Below are positions 8,251 through 17,566 of a DNA stretch of 64,000 bases, one piece after another. The notes beneath the pieces are model-generated. The model saw only the letters and a list, made by a program, of their open reading frames with translations. It made no database searches and was not told the origin of the DNA. The stretch is from an uncultured Gemmatimonadales bacterium (GTDB lineage Bacteria > Gemmatimonadota > Gemmatimonadetes > Longimicrobiales > RSA9). Location: the NCBI GenBank assembly GCA_963708135.1, contig OY970192.1, positions 192,001-256,000 on the forward strand. The letters run 5' to 3'. Each line of letters starts with the position of its first letter. Within the stretch, counting starts at the first letter, position 1. The position numbers and the translations under genes are program-made.

Positions 8251-10626
8251 CTACCTCCCCGGCGCGTCCGGCCCGAGCCTGGCCAGCAGCCGGCGCATGG
8301 CCTCGACGCGCGGCTGGAGCTCGGGGTCGGCATGCGCCCAGAGCTTCAGGAACGCGGCGGCGTGGTGGGCGGCGCGGTCGCGCTCGCCGGCCGCGGCGTA
8401 GAGCTGGGCGAGCCGCTCGTGGATGCGGGGGAGCTCGATCCAGTCGCTGTCGCCGAAGCGGAAGACGTCATGAGTCGCGAGGTAGCGCTCGTAGACGGCG
8501 CTGGCCGAATCCGGCTGCCCGGCGGCCTCGTACGCGCGGGCGAGGTCGGGGAGCGCGCAGTAGCGGCAGGGGCCGTCGTCGGCGAGGATCAGCTCGCCCA
8601 CGGCCTCGGTCGGCCGGTGCTCCGCGAGCAGGATGAGGCCGAGCATTCCGTGCCGCTGCGGCTCGTCGCGGAGCTCCGGCGGCACGGCGCGGTCATAGCC
8701 CGCGAGGGCGACACGCGCCTCGGCGGCCCGCCCCACCAGCACCCAGCCGTACGCCACGCCGAGGTAGGGCCGCTCCACGGGCGGGACCGGGGCCAGGCGC
8801 TCCTCCATGCGGGCGCCCTCCATCTCGCGCGCGGCGCGCGCGGAGTCCCCGAGCACGACCGCATCGATCGCCTCGGGCGCCAGAATGAGGTAGGCCGCGA
8901 AGCCCGCCTCTCCCGCGCGGCGCGCCGCCTCCGCCGCGGTGGCCAGCCGGGCGCGCGCGCCGGCGACGCGGCCCTGGACGGCGGCGTAGCGGGCCAGGTC
9001 GAGGTCGAGGTCCGCGGCGCGCCCGGCCTCCGCACCGTATCGGGCGAGCGCCTGATCCACCATGTGGCCGGCCCCCTCCAGATCGCCGCGGGTCTCGGCG
9101 AGGAGTCGGCCGTAGAAGAAGGAGGTCTGCGTCTCGCCGGAGCGCCGGCGCATGGCAACGAGCGTGCTCTCCGCCTCCGCGAACCGCCCGTCGGCGACGA
9201 GGAACTCGATCAGGTTGCCCAGCATGAGGGCGTTAGAGGAATCGAGCTGCACGGCGCGGCGCGCGATGCGCTCGGCGTCCTGGACGCGCCGGAGGTTGGC
9301 GTACATCACGCCCAGGTTCGTCAGCGCGCCGGGGTAGTCGGGGTACTGAGCCAGCAGCGCCTCGTAGGATTCGGCGGCCTTGCGCCAGTCGTGACGGATC
9401 ATGTGATAGCTCGCCTCGACCATCGCCCGCTCGCGGTCGGTGAGCCGGTCGCGGTGTGTGTATGCCCGCTGGATCGCATCCAGCTGGCGCGTGCGCGCCA
9501 CGCCCTGGTTCGACAGGATCACGCTGAGCTTCCGGTACGCCATGGCGAAGCCCGAATCGCGCGCCACGGCACTCTCCAGCAGCGGGATGGCCGCCTGCTG
9601 GTTGCCCTCGTACTCCGCGAGGCGCACGGCGCGCGAGTAGGCGCGCAGCGCGGGCAGCGACGGCGTCGTCACCTGCTCCAGCGGCTCGCTCGCGCGGATC
9701 GAGCGGAGCGACTCTCCCACCCGCTCCCGCAAGGCCCCGGAGAGCCGGTCCAGCGCCGGCAGCAGCCCCGTCGAATCGCGCGCGGTCTCGCGGAAGGTGG
9801 CCAGGACGTGCCCGCTGTCCGCCGTGACGATCTGCGCCGCCAGCACGTAGCCCCCGCCGATGGCGCTCAGCTCCCCCGTGACGACCGCCTTCACGCCCTC
9901 CCGCTGCGCGATCTCGCGCGCCAGCGCGGCATCCAGCCGGCTGGACTCGGGCCGCTCCATGCGGCGCAGCGACGCGCGCACGAACCCCGGCTCGAGCACG
10001 GTCAGCGCCGCCGACTGCGCGAGATCGAGCCGGAACGCGTCCGTCACCGTGGCGGCGAGCAGCGTGTCCCCGCGTGGCGCATCGAAGTCCGCCACGAGCA
10101 CCCGCTCCCGGTCCTTCAGCGCCCCCTTCGCGATCAGCGAGCCGACCGGCCCGATCCCCAGCGCCCGCATGCCCATGTAGCCGCCGACCGTGAAGCCGAG
10201 GAGCACGAACGCGCCGACGCCTCCGAGCAGCGAGCGCTTCCACGTGAGCCAGTGCCGCGCGGGCCGGGCGGCGACCGGGGAGCCGGCCGGCGAGGCCGGC
10301 CCGGGCGGGACCGGCGGGGCGGTCCCGGCGCCGGCGCCGGAGAAGGGACCGGCCGCCCGCGCCGGAGCAACCGCGGGCTCGTCGGCATCCCGGCCGTCCA
10401 CCCGGCCGGGTCGGCCACCCTGCACGAGCGCCGTGGCCATCACGATCGGCAGCCCGACCGCCAGCAGCACGATCGAGAAGGGGAAGACCCAGTCCGGCAG
10501 GCCGAGCCGGTTGGTGAACACGTCCACCATCTGCAGCACGCCGAACGACGCCGCGGCGTAGGCGCCGAGGACGGTCACCAGCCGGCTGCGGCGGATGCGA
10601 TCCGGCCAGTCGTGAAGAGCGCTCAT
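8251..10626 (-). CDS. Membrane-anchored TolB-like/TPR protein (kinase-less)
   Basis: N-terminal TM pair (VLGAYAAASFGVLQ, GLPDW, GLP), RVLVADF, EQVTTPSLPALRAY, TPRs, terminal LWAHADPELQP. Confidence 0.8.
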   Translation of the reverse strand: MSALHDWPDRIRRSRLVTVLGAYAAASFGVLQMVDVFTNRLGLPDWVFPFSIVLLAVGLPIVMATALVQGGRPGRVDGRDADEPAVAPARAAGPFSGAGAGTAPPVPPGPASPAGSPVAARPARHWLTWKRSLLGGVGAFVLLGFTVGGYMGMRALGIGPVGSLIAKGALKDRERVLVADFDAPRGDTLLAATVTDAFRLDLAQSAALTVLEPGFVRASLRRMERPESSRLDAALAREIAQREGVKAVVTGELSAIGGGYVLAAQIVTADSGHVLATFRETARDSTGLLPALDRLSGALRERVGESLRSIRASEPLEQVTTPSLPALRAYSRAVRLAEYEGNQQAAIPLLESAVARDSGFAMAYRKLSVILSNQGVARTRQLDAIQRAYTHRDRLTDRERAMVEASYHMIRHDWRKAAESYEALLAQYPDYPGALTNLGVMYANLRRVQDAERIARRAVQLDSSNALMLGNLIEFLVADGRFAEAESTLVAMRRRSGETQTSFFYGRLLAETRGDLEGAGHMVDQALARYGAEAGRAADLDLDLARYAAVQGRVAGARARLATAAEAARRAGEAGFAAYLILAPEAIDAVVLGDSARAAREMEGARMEERLAPVPPVERPYLGVAYGWVLVGRAAEARVALAGYDRAVPPELRDEPQRHGMLGLILLAEHRPTEAVGELILADDGPCRYCALPDLARAYEAAGQPDSASAVYERYLATHDVFRFGDSDWIELPRIHERLAQLYAAAGERDRAAHHAAAFLKLWAHADPELQPRVEAMRRLLARLGPDAPGR

Positions 10627-10774
10627 GTGCGGTCGGCTCCAGCGGGGAAGGCGGACACCGGCCGAATAGTGGCGCCCAGGCGGGGGCGGAGGCAATGGTC
10701 GCGGCGGCCGTCGCCTCGCCGGCCCCGCCACCGGCGGGTCGCAACGCGCCGGTCTTGCGGCTGTGCCATCGTGT

Positions 10775-10801
10775 GGTTAGATAGACATTGTCTATGTAAC
10801 C
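10775..10801. promoter_or_regulatory. Putative PadR operator 1
   Basis: 27-bp palindrome GGTTAgATAGACA-T-TGTCTATgTAACC, AT-rich, ending 5 bp before padR. Confidence 0.7.
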
Positions 10802-10805
10802 GGAG

Positions 10806-11129
10806 ATGGAGATGCCAGGGGAGCTCGAGCAGCTCGTGCTGCTCGCCTTGATGCGGGTCGGGCCGGCCGCGGATGCCCGCGCGCTCGTCTGCGAGCTGAA
10901 GGAGCGGGCGCGGCGCGAGGTGCTTCTGGCGACGGTGCACCGGACGCTGGCGCGGCTGGAGGAGAAGGGGCTCGTCGCCTCGCGGATGGGGGAACCGACG
11001 GCGCGGCGTGGGGGCCGGCGGCGGCGCCACTACGCGATCACGACGGCGGGACGGGAGGAGGCGGCGTCGGCGCTGGACGCGCTGCGGCGGCTGGCGAGCG
11101 GGCTGGAGCTTGAATGGGACCCCGCATGA
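10806..11129 (+). CDS. PadR-family regulator 1
   Basis: GELEQLVLLAL, TLARLEEKGLV, RGGRRRRHYAIT; ATGA overlap with the permease gene. Confidence 0.9.
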   Translation: MEMPGELEQLVLLALMRVGPAADARALVCELKERARREVLLATVHRTLARLEEKGLVASRMGEPTARRGGRRRRHYAITTAGREEAASALDALRRLASGLELEWDPA

Positions 11130-13813
11130 GTGGAGTGGGCGAGGCGCCGCGGCGAGAGCGGGGCGCGGGGCGGAGGGCTGCTCCGGCGGAGCCGCCGGCG
11201 CTGGCGGTGCGGCTGCTGGAGGCGCGGCTGGGGCGGGAGGATGCGGAGGCGTTCGTGGGCGATCTGGTGGAGGAGTTCCACGAGCGTGCGGGGCGGGCGC
11301 CGCGCCGGGCGCGGCTGGATTTCTGGCGCGAGGCGCTGCTGGGAGCGGCGCTGCTGCGCTCTGGAGGCATCGTTTCCCCCGTTCGACGGGAGTCGCGCAT
11401 GCGCTCGTTCGTGGCGGATCTTCGGCACGGCGTCCGGCTGCTGGGCCGGGCGCCCGGCTTCGCGCTGCTCGCGGTGGCGACGGTGGCGCTTGCGATCGGC
11501 GCGGCGACGGCGGTGTTCAGCGTGCTCGATCCGCTGCTGCTCAGGCCGTTGCCGTACGCGCACCCGGAGCGGCTGGTGACGGTGTGGGAGCGGGACGCGG
11601 ACGGGTCGCCGTCGAACCTGGGGTGGGAGACCTTCCGCGACCTGTCGGAGCGGGCGAAGACGCTGGCGTCGGCGGCGGCGACGGGGTACTGGCAGGCGAC
11701 GCTGACGGCGGGGGAGGACGCGGAGCGGTTGGAGGGGGCGCGGGTCACGTGGCGCTATTTCCGCACGCTCGGGGTTCGGCCGGAGCTGGGCCGGGACTTC
11801 ACGGCCGGGGAGGACGTCCCGGCGAACAACCGGGTGGTGATCCTGAGCCATGGGCTGTGGGCGCGCCGGTTCGGGTCGGATACATTGGTGGTCGGGGGCA
11901 CGATCTCGCTGAACGGGGCGCCGTACACGGTGGCGGGCGTCATGCCGGCGGGGTTCGAGGACGTGCTCACGCCGGCGGCGGGCATCTGGCGGGTGCTGGG
12001 TTACGACGCGTCGCTGTCCTACGCGTGCCGCACGTGTCGGCACCTGCGCATGCTGGCGCGGCTGCGGCCGGGGGTTCCGGCGGCGGCGGCGCGGGCGGAG
12101 CTCGACCGGCTGTCGGCGATCCTGGTGTCGGAGCACCCGAAGGAGTACCCGGCCGCGGGGATGCGGGTGGTCGGTGCGCAGTCGTGGATCACACGCGAGC
12201 TGCGGCCGATCCTCTTCGCCGCGGCGGGCGCGGTGGCGCTGCTTCTCCTGCTCGCGCTGGCGAACCTGACGAACCTTCAGCTCACCCGGCTCCTGCGGCG
12301 GGAGCGGGAGTTCGTGGTGCGCGCGGCGCTCGGGGCCGCGCGCGGGCGGCTGGCGCGGCAGGTGCTCGCGGAGGGTGCGCTGGTGGTGGTGCCGGGCGGT
12401 GTGGTGGGGCTGGCGCTGGCGGTGGTGGCGGTGGGACTCCTCCGGGCGCGGCTGCCGGCCGACCTGCCGCGCGCGGCGGCCATGCACGTGGACGGCGCGG
12501 CGGTGGCGGTGGCGGCGGCGCTCACGCTGCTGCTCGGGCTGGTGGTGGGCCTCGGGCCGGTGGGGCGGTGGGGGAGCGCGTCGAGCTTCGATGCCATCCG
12601 CGGCGGCGCGCGACTGGTGGGCCCGCGCCGGCGGGCGGCGCGCACGGTGCTGGTCGTGGCGGAGGTCGCCATCGCCGTGACGCTGCTCCAGGGGACGGGG
12701 CTCCTCTCGCGCACGGTCGTGGACCTGTTCTCGGTGGATCCCGGCTTCGACCCCTCGCACCTGGTGACAATGGAGGTGCACGCCGGCGGGCCCCGCTACG
12801 CGACGGATGCGGCCATCTTCACCAACCACGAGCGGATCCGCGACGCCGTGCGCGGCGTGCCCGGCGTGCTCGACGTCGCGCTCGCCAGCCAGCTGCCCCT
12901 GCACGGCGACTTCGACCGCTACGGCATCCAGGCCGAGGACCGGCCGCTGGCGAACCCCGAGCTCGCTCCTTCCGCCGACCGCTACACGGTCTCGGGGGAC
13001 TTCCTGCGTACCATGCGCATCCGGATCCTCGCCGGGCGTGGCTTCAGCGCGGCGGAGCTCGAGGACTCCGTGCCGGCGGTGGCGGTCGTGAGCCGGGCGC
13101 TGGCGCGGCGGAGCTGGCCGGGCGAGAGCGCCGTCGGCAGGCGCATCCGGCTGGGCGACCCGAACGGGCCGTGGCGGACGGTGGTCGGCGTGGCGGAGGG
13201 GATCCGCCACACCGGGCTCGATGACGCGCTGGGGCAGCAGGTCTACCTCCCCGAGAGGCAGTGGGGCGGCGAGAGCCAGATGGTCCTCGTGGCCCGCACC
13301 GCGGGCGACCCGGCGGCCCTCGCCCCGCTCGTGCGCCGCGCCGTGCGCGGCGTTGACCCGACGCAGCCCGTGATCCGCGTCTCGACGATGGAAGGGCTCG
13401 TGGCCGCCTCGGTCGCGCAGCGCACGCTGGTGCTCGGCCTGTTCGGCGCGTTCGCGGCGGTGGCGCTGCTCATGGCGGCGGCGGGGATCTACGGCGCGCT
13501 GGCCGGCGCGGTGGCCGAGCGTGCCAGGGAGATGGGCGTGCGGCTGGCGCTCGGCGCGACCCCCGGCAGCCTGCTCCGGGCGGTGCTCGGGAGCGGCGGC
13601 CGACTGGCCGGCGTGGGGCTGCTGCTCGGGGTGGCGGGCGCGGTGGCGGTGGGGCGGCTGCTCGCCGGCCTGCTCTACGGCGTGGCGGCCGCGGACCCGC
13701 TGACGCTGGGCGGGGTGACGGCGCTGCTCGGGGGGGTGGCCGCCGTGGCGTGCCTCATCCCGGCCCGACGCGCCTCGGCGGTGGACCCGGCCGAGGCGCT
13801 GCGGGCGGAATGA
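11126..13813 (+). CDS. ADOP-family duplicated ABC-type permease 1 (FtsX/MacB-like)
   Basis: LAIGAATAVFS, LRPLPY, two MacB-PCD/FtsX halves, REMGVRLALGA, DPAEALRAE end. Confidence 0.92.
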   Translation: MSGVGEAPRRERGAGRRAAPAEPPALAVRLLEARLGREDAEAFVGDLVEEFHERAGRAPRRARLDFWREALLGAALLRSGGIVSPVRRESRMRSFVADLRHGVRLLGRAPGFALLAVATVALAIGAATAVFSVLDPLLLRPLPYAHPERLVTVWERDADGSPSNLGWETFRDLSERAKTLASAAATGYWQATLTAGEDAERLEGARVTWRYFRTLGVRPELGRDFTAGEDVPANNRVVILSHGLWARRFGSDTLVVGGTISLNGAPYTVAGVMPAGFEDVLTPAAGIWRVLGYDASLSYACRTCRHLRMLARLRPGVPAAAARAELDRLSAILVSEHPKEYPAAGMRVVGAQSWITRELRPILFAAAGAVALLLLLALANLTNLQLTRLLRREREFVVRAALGAARGRLARQVLAEGALVVVPGGVVGLALAVVAVGLLRARLPADLPRAAAMHVDGAAVAVAAALTLLLGLVVGLGPVGRWGSASSFDAIRGGARLVGPRRRAARTVLVVAEVAIAVTLLQGTGLLSRTVVDLFSVDPGFDPSHLVTMEVHAGGPRYATDAAIFTNHERIRDAVRGVPGVLDVALASQLPLHGDFDRYGIQAEDRPLANPELAPSADRYTVSGDFLRTMRIRILAGRGFSAAELEDSVPAVAVVSRALARRSWPGESAVGRRIRLGDPNGPWRTVVGVAEGIRHTGLDDALGQQVYLPERQWGGESQMVLVARTAGDPAALAPLVRRAVRGVDPTQPVIRVSTMEGLVAASVAQRTLVLGLFGAFAAVALLMAAAGIYGALAGAVAERAREMGVRLALGATPGSLLRAVLGSGGRLAGVGLLLGVAGAVAVGRLLAGLLYGVAAADPLTLGGVTALLGGVAAVACLIPARRASAVDPAEALRAE

Positions 13814-13838
13814 GCGTGCGGCGAGGGGACGTCCGCGG

Positions 13839-15926
13839 CTACCTGTCCGCCGCGGCGGCCTTCCCCTCTCCCCTCACCCATTCGCCGAACCAGGCGAGGA
13901 TGTGCGGGGTGACATCCATCAGCAGCTTCGGCTCGCGCGGGCCGTGCGGCGTGCGCGGGAACACGACCATCTGAGTGGGCACGCCGAGGCGCTGGAGCGC
14001 GTGGTAGAACTCGTAGCCCTGGAACGTCGGCACCCGCTGGTCCTGCGCGCCGTGCAGGATCTGGAGCGGCGTCTTCACGTTCTCGACGGCGTACATGGCC
14101 GAGTGCGCCTGGTAGTCCTTGAAGTCCTGCCACGGCAGCTTGCCGCCCATGTGCGCGATCAGGTAGTCCCCGATGTCGGTGGTCATGGTCATGCTCACGA
14201 GGTCGGGCAGCCCGGCGCCCATGCTCGCGGCCTTGAAGCGATTCGTGTGGCTCACGATCCACGAGGTCATGTAGCCGCCGTAGCTCCACCCCATCTCCGC
14301 CAGCGAATCCGGCGTGGTGATCCCCATGGCCAGCGCCCGGTCCACGCCCGCCATGAGGTCCCGGAAATCGCCGCCGCCCCAGTCATCCACGTTGGCGTAG
14401 CGGAACGCCTTGCCGTAGCCGACGCTGCCGCGCGGGTTCGGCCGCAGGATCGCGTAGCCGTTCTGCGCGAAGACCTGGAGCAGGTAGGCGCCCGGTCCGC
14501 CCGTGAACGATTGCGTGAACGCGCCCGCCGGGCCGCCGTGCACGTTCAGGATGAGCGGCACCTTCTTGCCGGGCGTGTAGCCCACGGGATAGGTGAGCAG
14601 CCCCTCGATCGTGTACGGCCCGCTCTTCCACGTGACTAGCTCCGTCCGGCCCATCGGCGGCTCCGGGACGTCGGCGTTCACCGCGGACAGCTTCGTCGGC
14701 TCGATCGCGCTGGTGGGCGAGACGTACACGTCCGCGGGCGTGTCCGGGTCCTGCCAGGTGAGCGCGAAGCGCGGCGCGCGCGCGGCGAGGGACACGTCGC
14801 CGATCACACCGGTGCGGGGCAGCAGCGTGCGCGTCGGGCCGCCATCCGCCGGCACCACGATGATCCCCGTCTGCGTGTGGACGGTCTCCTCGGCGTACAG
14901 CGTCTTCCCGTCCGCCGACCAGGCGACGAGCGACGCCTCGCGGTCCGGCGTGTCGGCCAGCTTCCGCGGCGTGCCTCCCTGCGCGGGCACCACCCAGACA
15001 TCGTTCAGCCCGACCGGCTCCGGACGGCCGCCGTTCGACGTGAACGCCACCGTCCGACCATCCGGCGAGTACAGCGGGCTCGCATCCACGCCGGGCCGCG
15101 TGACCAGCGGGCGCACGGCGCCGCCCGTCGAGGGCACCACCGAGATGTCCGCCTCGACCTGCCCCACCCCGATGCGCGGGTCCGGCTGATGCGCGAACAC
15201 GATCGCGCTGCCATCCGGCGCCCAGTCGAAGCGCCGCACCTGGAACTTGCCCGACGTGAGCCGCGTCACCGCGTGCTTCCCCTCCGCATCCTTCGCCAGC
15301 GCCACCGTGTACAGGTGCGAGTAGTGGAACACGCTGTCCACGATGTACTCGTCCCGCTTCTCCTCCTCCCGCTTCTTCTCCTCGCTCGTCACGGTGTCGC
15401 GCGAGGTGTAGGCGATCCGCGCGCCATCAGGCGACCACGCGAAGCGCTCCACCCCGGTCGCCGCCGTCGTGAGCGGCCACGCCTCGCCCCCCGCGAGCGG
15501 CAGGACCCACACCTGCGCCTTCGCGTCCTTGCCGCCGCGCGTCGAGACGAACGCCAGCTCCGTCCCGTCCGGGCTGAACGCCGGCTGGCTCGCCGAGGCC
15601 TCCCCCTGCGTGTACTGCCGGTCGCTCGAGCCGTCCGCCGCCGCCACGTGGATCTGCGACACCCACTTCGACTCCTTCCCCTTCATCTCCGCCGAGCGCA
15701 CCACGTAGGCGACGAGGCCGCCCTCCGCCGAGATCGCCGTGCCGCCGACCCCCCGGTAGCGCATCGACAGCGCGGGCGTCCATCCCCCGCCGTCCTGCGC
15801 GCGTAGCGGCCGCGGGCCGCACAGCGAGCCGAGCGCCGCCAGGGCGAGGACCACGAGCGCGGGCAGCGGGCCCGTGCGGCGAACGCCGCCGGGGCGAGAG
15901 CTGATCGAGAGGGCGGGGGAACGCAT
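13839..15926 (-). CDS. S9-family (prolyl oligopeptidase/acylaminoacyl) peptidase with beta-propeller
   Basis: Signal peptide; WSPDG repeats; HGGP, GWSYGG, DQRV, HG catalytic motifs; GGAGG RBS. Confidence 0.93.
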   Translation of the reverse strand: MRSPALSISSRPGGVRRTGPLPALVVLALAALGSLCGPRPLRAQDGGGWTPALSMRYRGVGGTAISAEGGLVAYVVRSAEMKGKESKWVSQIHVAAADGSSDRQYTQGEASASQPAFSPDGTELAFVSTRGGKDAKAQVWVLPLAGGEAWPLTTAATGVERFAWSPDGARIAYTSRDTVTSEEKKREEEKRDEYIVDSVFHYSHLYTVALAKDAEGKHAVTRLTSGKFQVRRFDWAPDGSAIVFAHQPDPRIGVGQVEADISVVPSTGGAVRPLVTRPGVDASPLYSPDGRTVAFTSNGGRPEPVGLNDVWVVPAQGGTPRKLADTPDREASLVAWSADGKTLYAEETVHTQTGIIVVPADGGPTRTLLPRTGVIGDVSLAARAPRFALTWQDPDTPADVYVSPTSAIEPTKLSAVNADVPEPPMGRTELVTWKSGPYTIEGLLTYPVGYTPGKKVPLILNVHGGPAGAFTQSFTGGPGAYLLQVFAQNGYAILRPNPRGSVGYGKAFRYANVDDWGGGDFRDLMAGVDRALAMGITTPDSLAEMGWSYGGYMTSWIVSHTNRFKAASMGAGLPDLVSMTMTTDIGDYLIAHMGGKLPWQDFKDYQAHSAMYAVENVKTPLQILHGAQDQRVPTFQGYEFYHALQRLGVPTQMVVFPRTPHGPREPKLLMDVTPHILAWFGEWVRGEGKAAAADR

Positions 15927-16311
15927 CGCGAGGACCTCCTGTCGCGGGAACGAGCGCGCGGCCGGACGCGGGGTCCGGTGCCGAGCGGTGGTGCAAGTGC
16001 AGGGGAATCGTGCGTGCGCCCGCGGGCCGTGCGGCGGTCCGTGCCGCGCGCGCACCGAACCAGTATGCACAGATGAATTCAGCGGCGCCACTCCCTCGCG
16101 GCGGCCCCCACGTGCCGCCGGCCGGCGGAGATGCGGGGAACCGGCGGCCGCGTCGTCGCCTTCGCGTTCGCGTTCAGGGGGCGCCGGGGGCGGATGGCGT
16201 TCGGGCGCGCGCCGGCGACGTCGCCGTCACGTCGTCGCCATCGGCCGATGCCCCGCTTTCGCGCCGCGCGCCTCCGGCCGCCCGGCCGACCCGCACCACC
16301 GGAGGATCACC

Positions 16312-16869
16312 ATGCGAACGCTCCCCACCCTCGTCTGCGCGGGCGCAGTGCTGCTCGCGCTGGCATGCGACGGCTCCGACCGCTCCACGGCCCCCGCGTC
16401 CGGACGCATCTCGGCCGACCGCTCGATCTCGAGCGAGGGTGGCGACGACGAGGGCGCTGGCGGCCAGGCGGTGCTCGACTTCCGGAGCCTGACGCCGAAC
16501 GTGCTCACCGGAACGGCGGGCGCCATCCGCGGCGTGCCCGCGGGCGGGCTGCCGTGGTTGTTGCAGCGGGCGAGGGCGCGGTTGACCGCCGGCGACCGCC
16601 TCCGCGTCGAGGTCCGCGGCCTCGTGCTCGCGGCCGGCCCCGCCGCGGGCACCAACCCGGTCCCGCAATTCCGGGCGACCCTCAGCTGTCTCGTGGAGAA
16701 CGGCGCCGGGACCGGGTACGACACCGTCAACGTGTCGTCCGACCCCGTGCCGGCATCGACCGCCGGCGACGCCACGATCGACCAGACCATCGCCGTGCCC
16801 GCGCGCTGCCTGGCGCCCGCCATCTTCGTCACCTCGCCCGGCGGCGCGTGGTTCGCGATCTCCGGCTGA
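16312..16869 (+). CDS. Hypothetical lipoprotein
   Basis: GGAGG RBS; LLALAC lipobox; two further Cys. Confidence 0.7.
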   Translation: MRTLPTLVCAGAVLLALACDGSDRSTAPASGRISADRSISSEGGDDEGAGGQAVLDFRSLTPNVLTGTAGAIRGVPAGGLPWLLQRARARLTAGDRLRVEVRGLVLAAGPAAGTNPVPQFRATLSCLVENGAGTGYDTVNVSSDPVPASTAGDATIDQTIAVPARCLAPAIFVTSPGGAWFAISG

Positions 16870-17013
16870 AGAGGGGCGGGGGGCCGCCCGCTGCGGCGCG
16901 GATCGCCGGGCCGGCCCCCCGGGCTCGTCGCTTGACTCGCGCCATTCCCCGGCCGAGCTTCCAGCGAGCGTCCGATCGGGATTCGATCCATCTGACTCCG
17001 GAGGCGAGCTGCC

Positions 17014-17231
17014 ATGCGCATCGAGGCCGAACGCCTCCTGAAGCAGGCGGAACGCGATCTCCTCAATGCCGCGCGGAACGTGGGGATCGAGGCGTACGAG
17101 GTGGCCGCGTTCCTCGCCTCGCAGGCGGTCGAGAAGTACCTGAAGGGAGCATGGATCGAGCTCCGCGGTGAGGCCCCGCCGCCGCGGCCACGGAGGCTTT
17201 CGAATGGCTGCGCACGCTGACGCGCGTCTGA
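17014..17231 (+). pseudogene. HEPN-domain toxin, internally deleted and frameshifted
   Basis: N-terminal half QAERDL...FLASQAVEKYLKG, then a jump to an out-of-frame C-terminal helix AATEAFEWLRTLTRV*; the central part is missing. Confidence 0.75.
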
Positions 17232-17539
17232 CCCGCTTCCGCGACGAGCTCCTGCCGGTGATCGTGACGCGCTTCCATCCGGAGCGCGTGATCGCGTTCG
17301 GCTCACGCGTCGGCGGGAGGCCGCTGCGCTCGAGCGACCTCGATCTGATCGTGGTGGCGCGGGCGTTCGAGGGCGTGCCGTGGCTCGACCGTCAGGTGCG
17401 GGTGCAGGAGGCGATCGGCGCACCCTTCGCCATGGACATCCTCTGCTATACGCCGCCCGAGTTCGCGCGGAAACGCGACGAGATCGGGATCGTCCGGACC
17501 GCCGCCCTCGAGGGAGTGGAGCTGTACCCGGCTGCCTGA
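17204..17539 (+). CDS. Minimal nucleotidyltransferase (MNT) antitoxin
   Basis: FGSRVGGRPLRSSDLDL (GS-x10-DxD), MDILCYTPPEF. Confidence 0.88.
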   Translation: MAAHADARLTRFRDELLPVIVTRFHPERVIAFGSRVGGRPLRSSDLDLIVVARAFEGVPWLDRQVRVQEAIGAPFAMDILCYTPPEFARKRDEIGIVRTAALEGVELYPAA

Positions 17540-17566
17540 AGCGTCGCGACGGCCGCCTTCCCGCCT

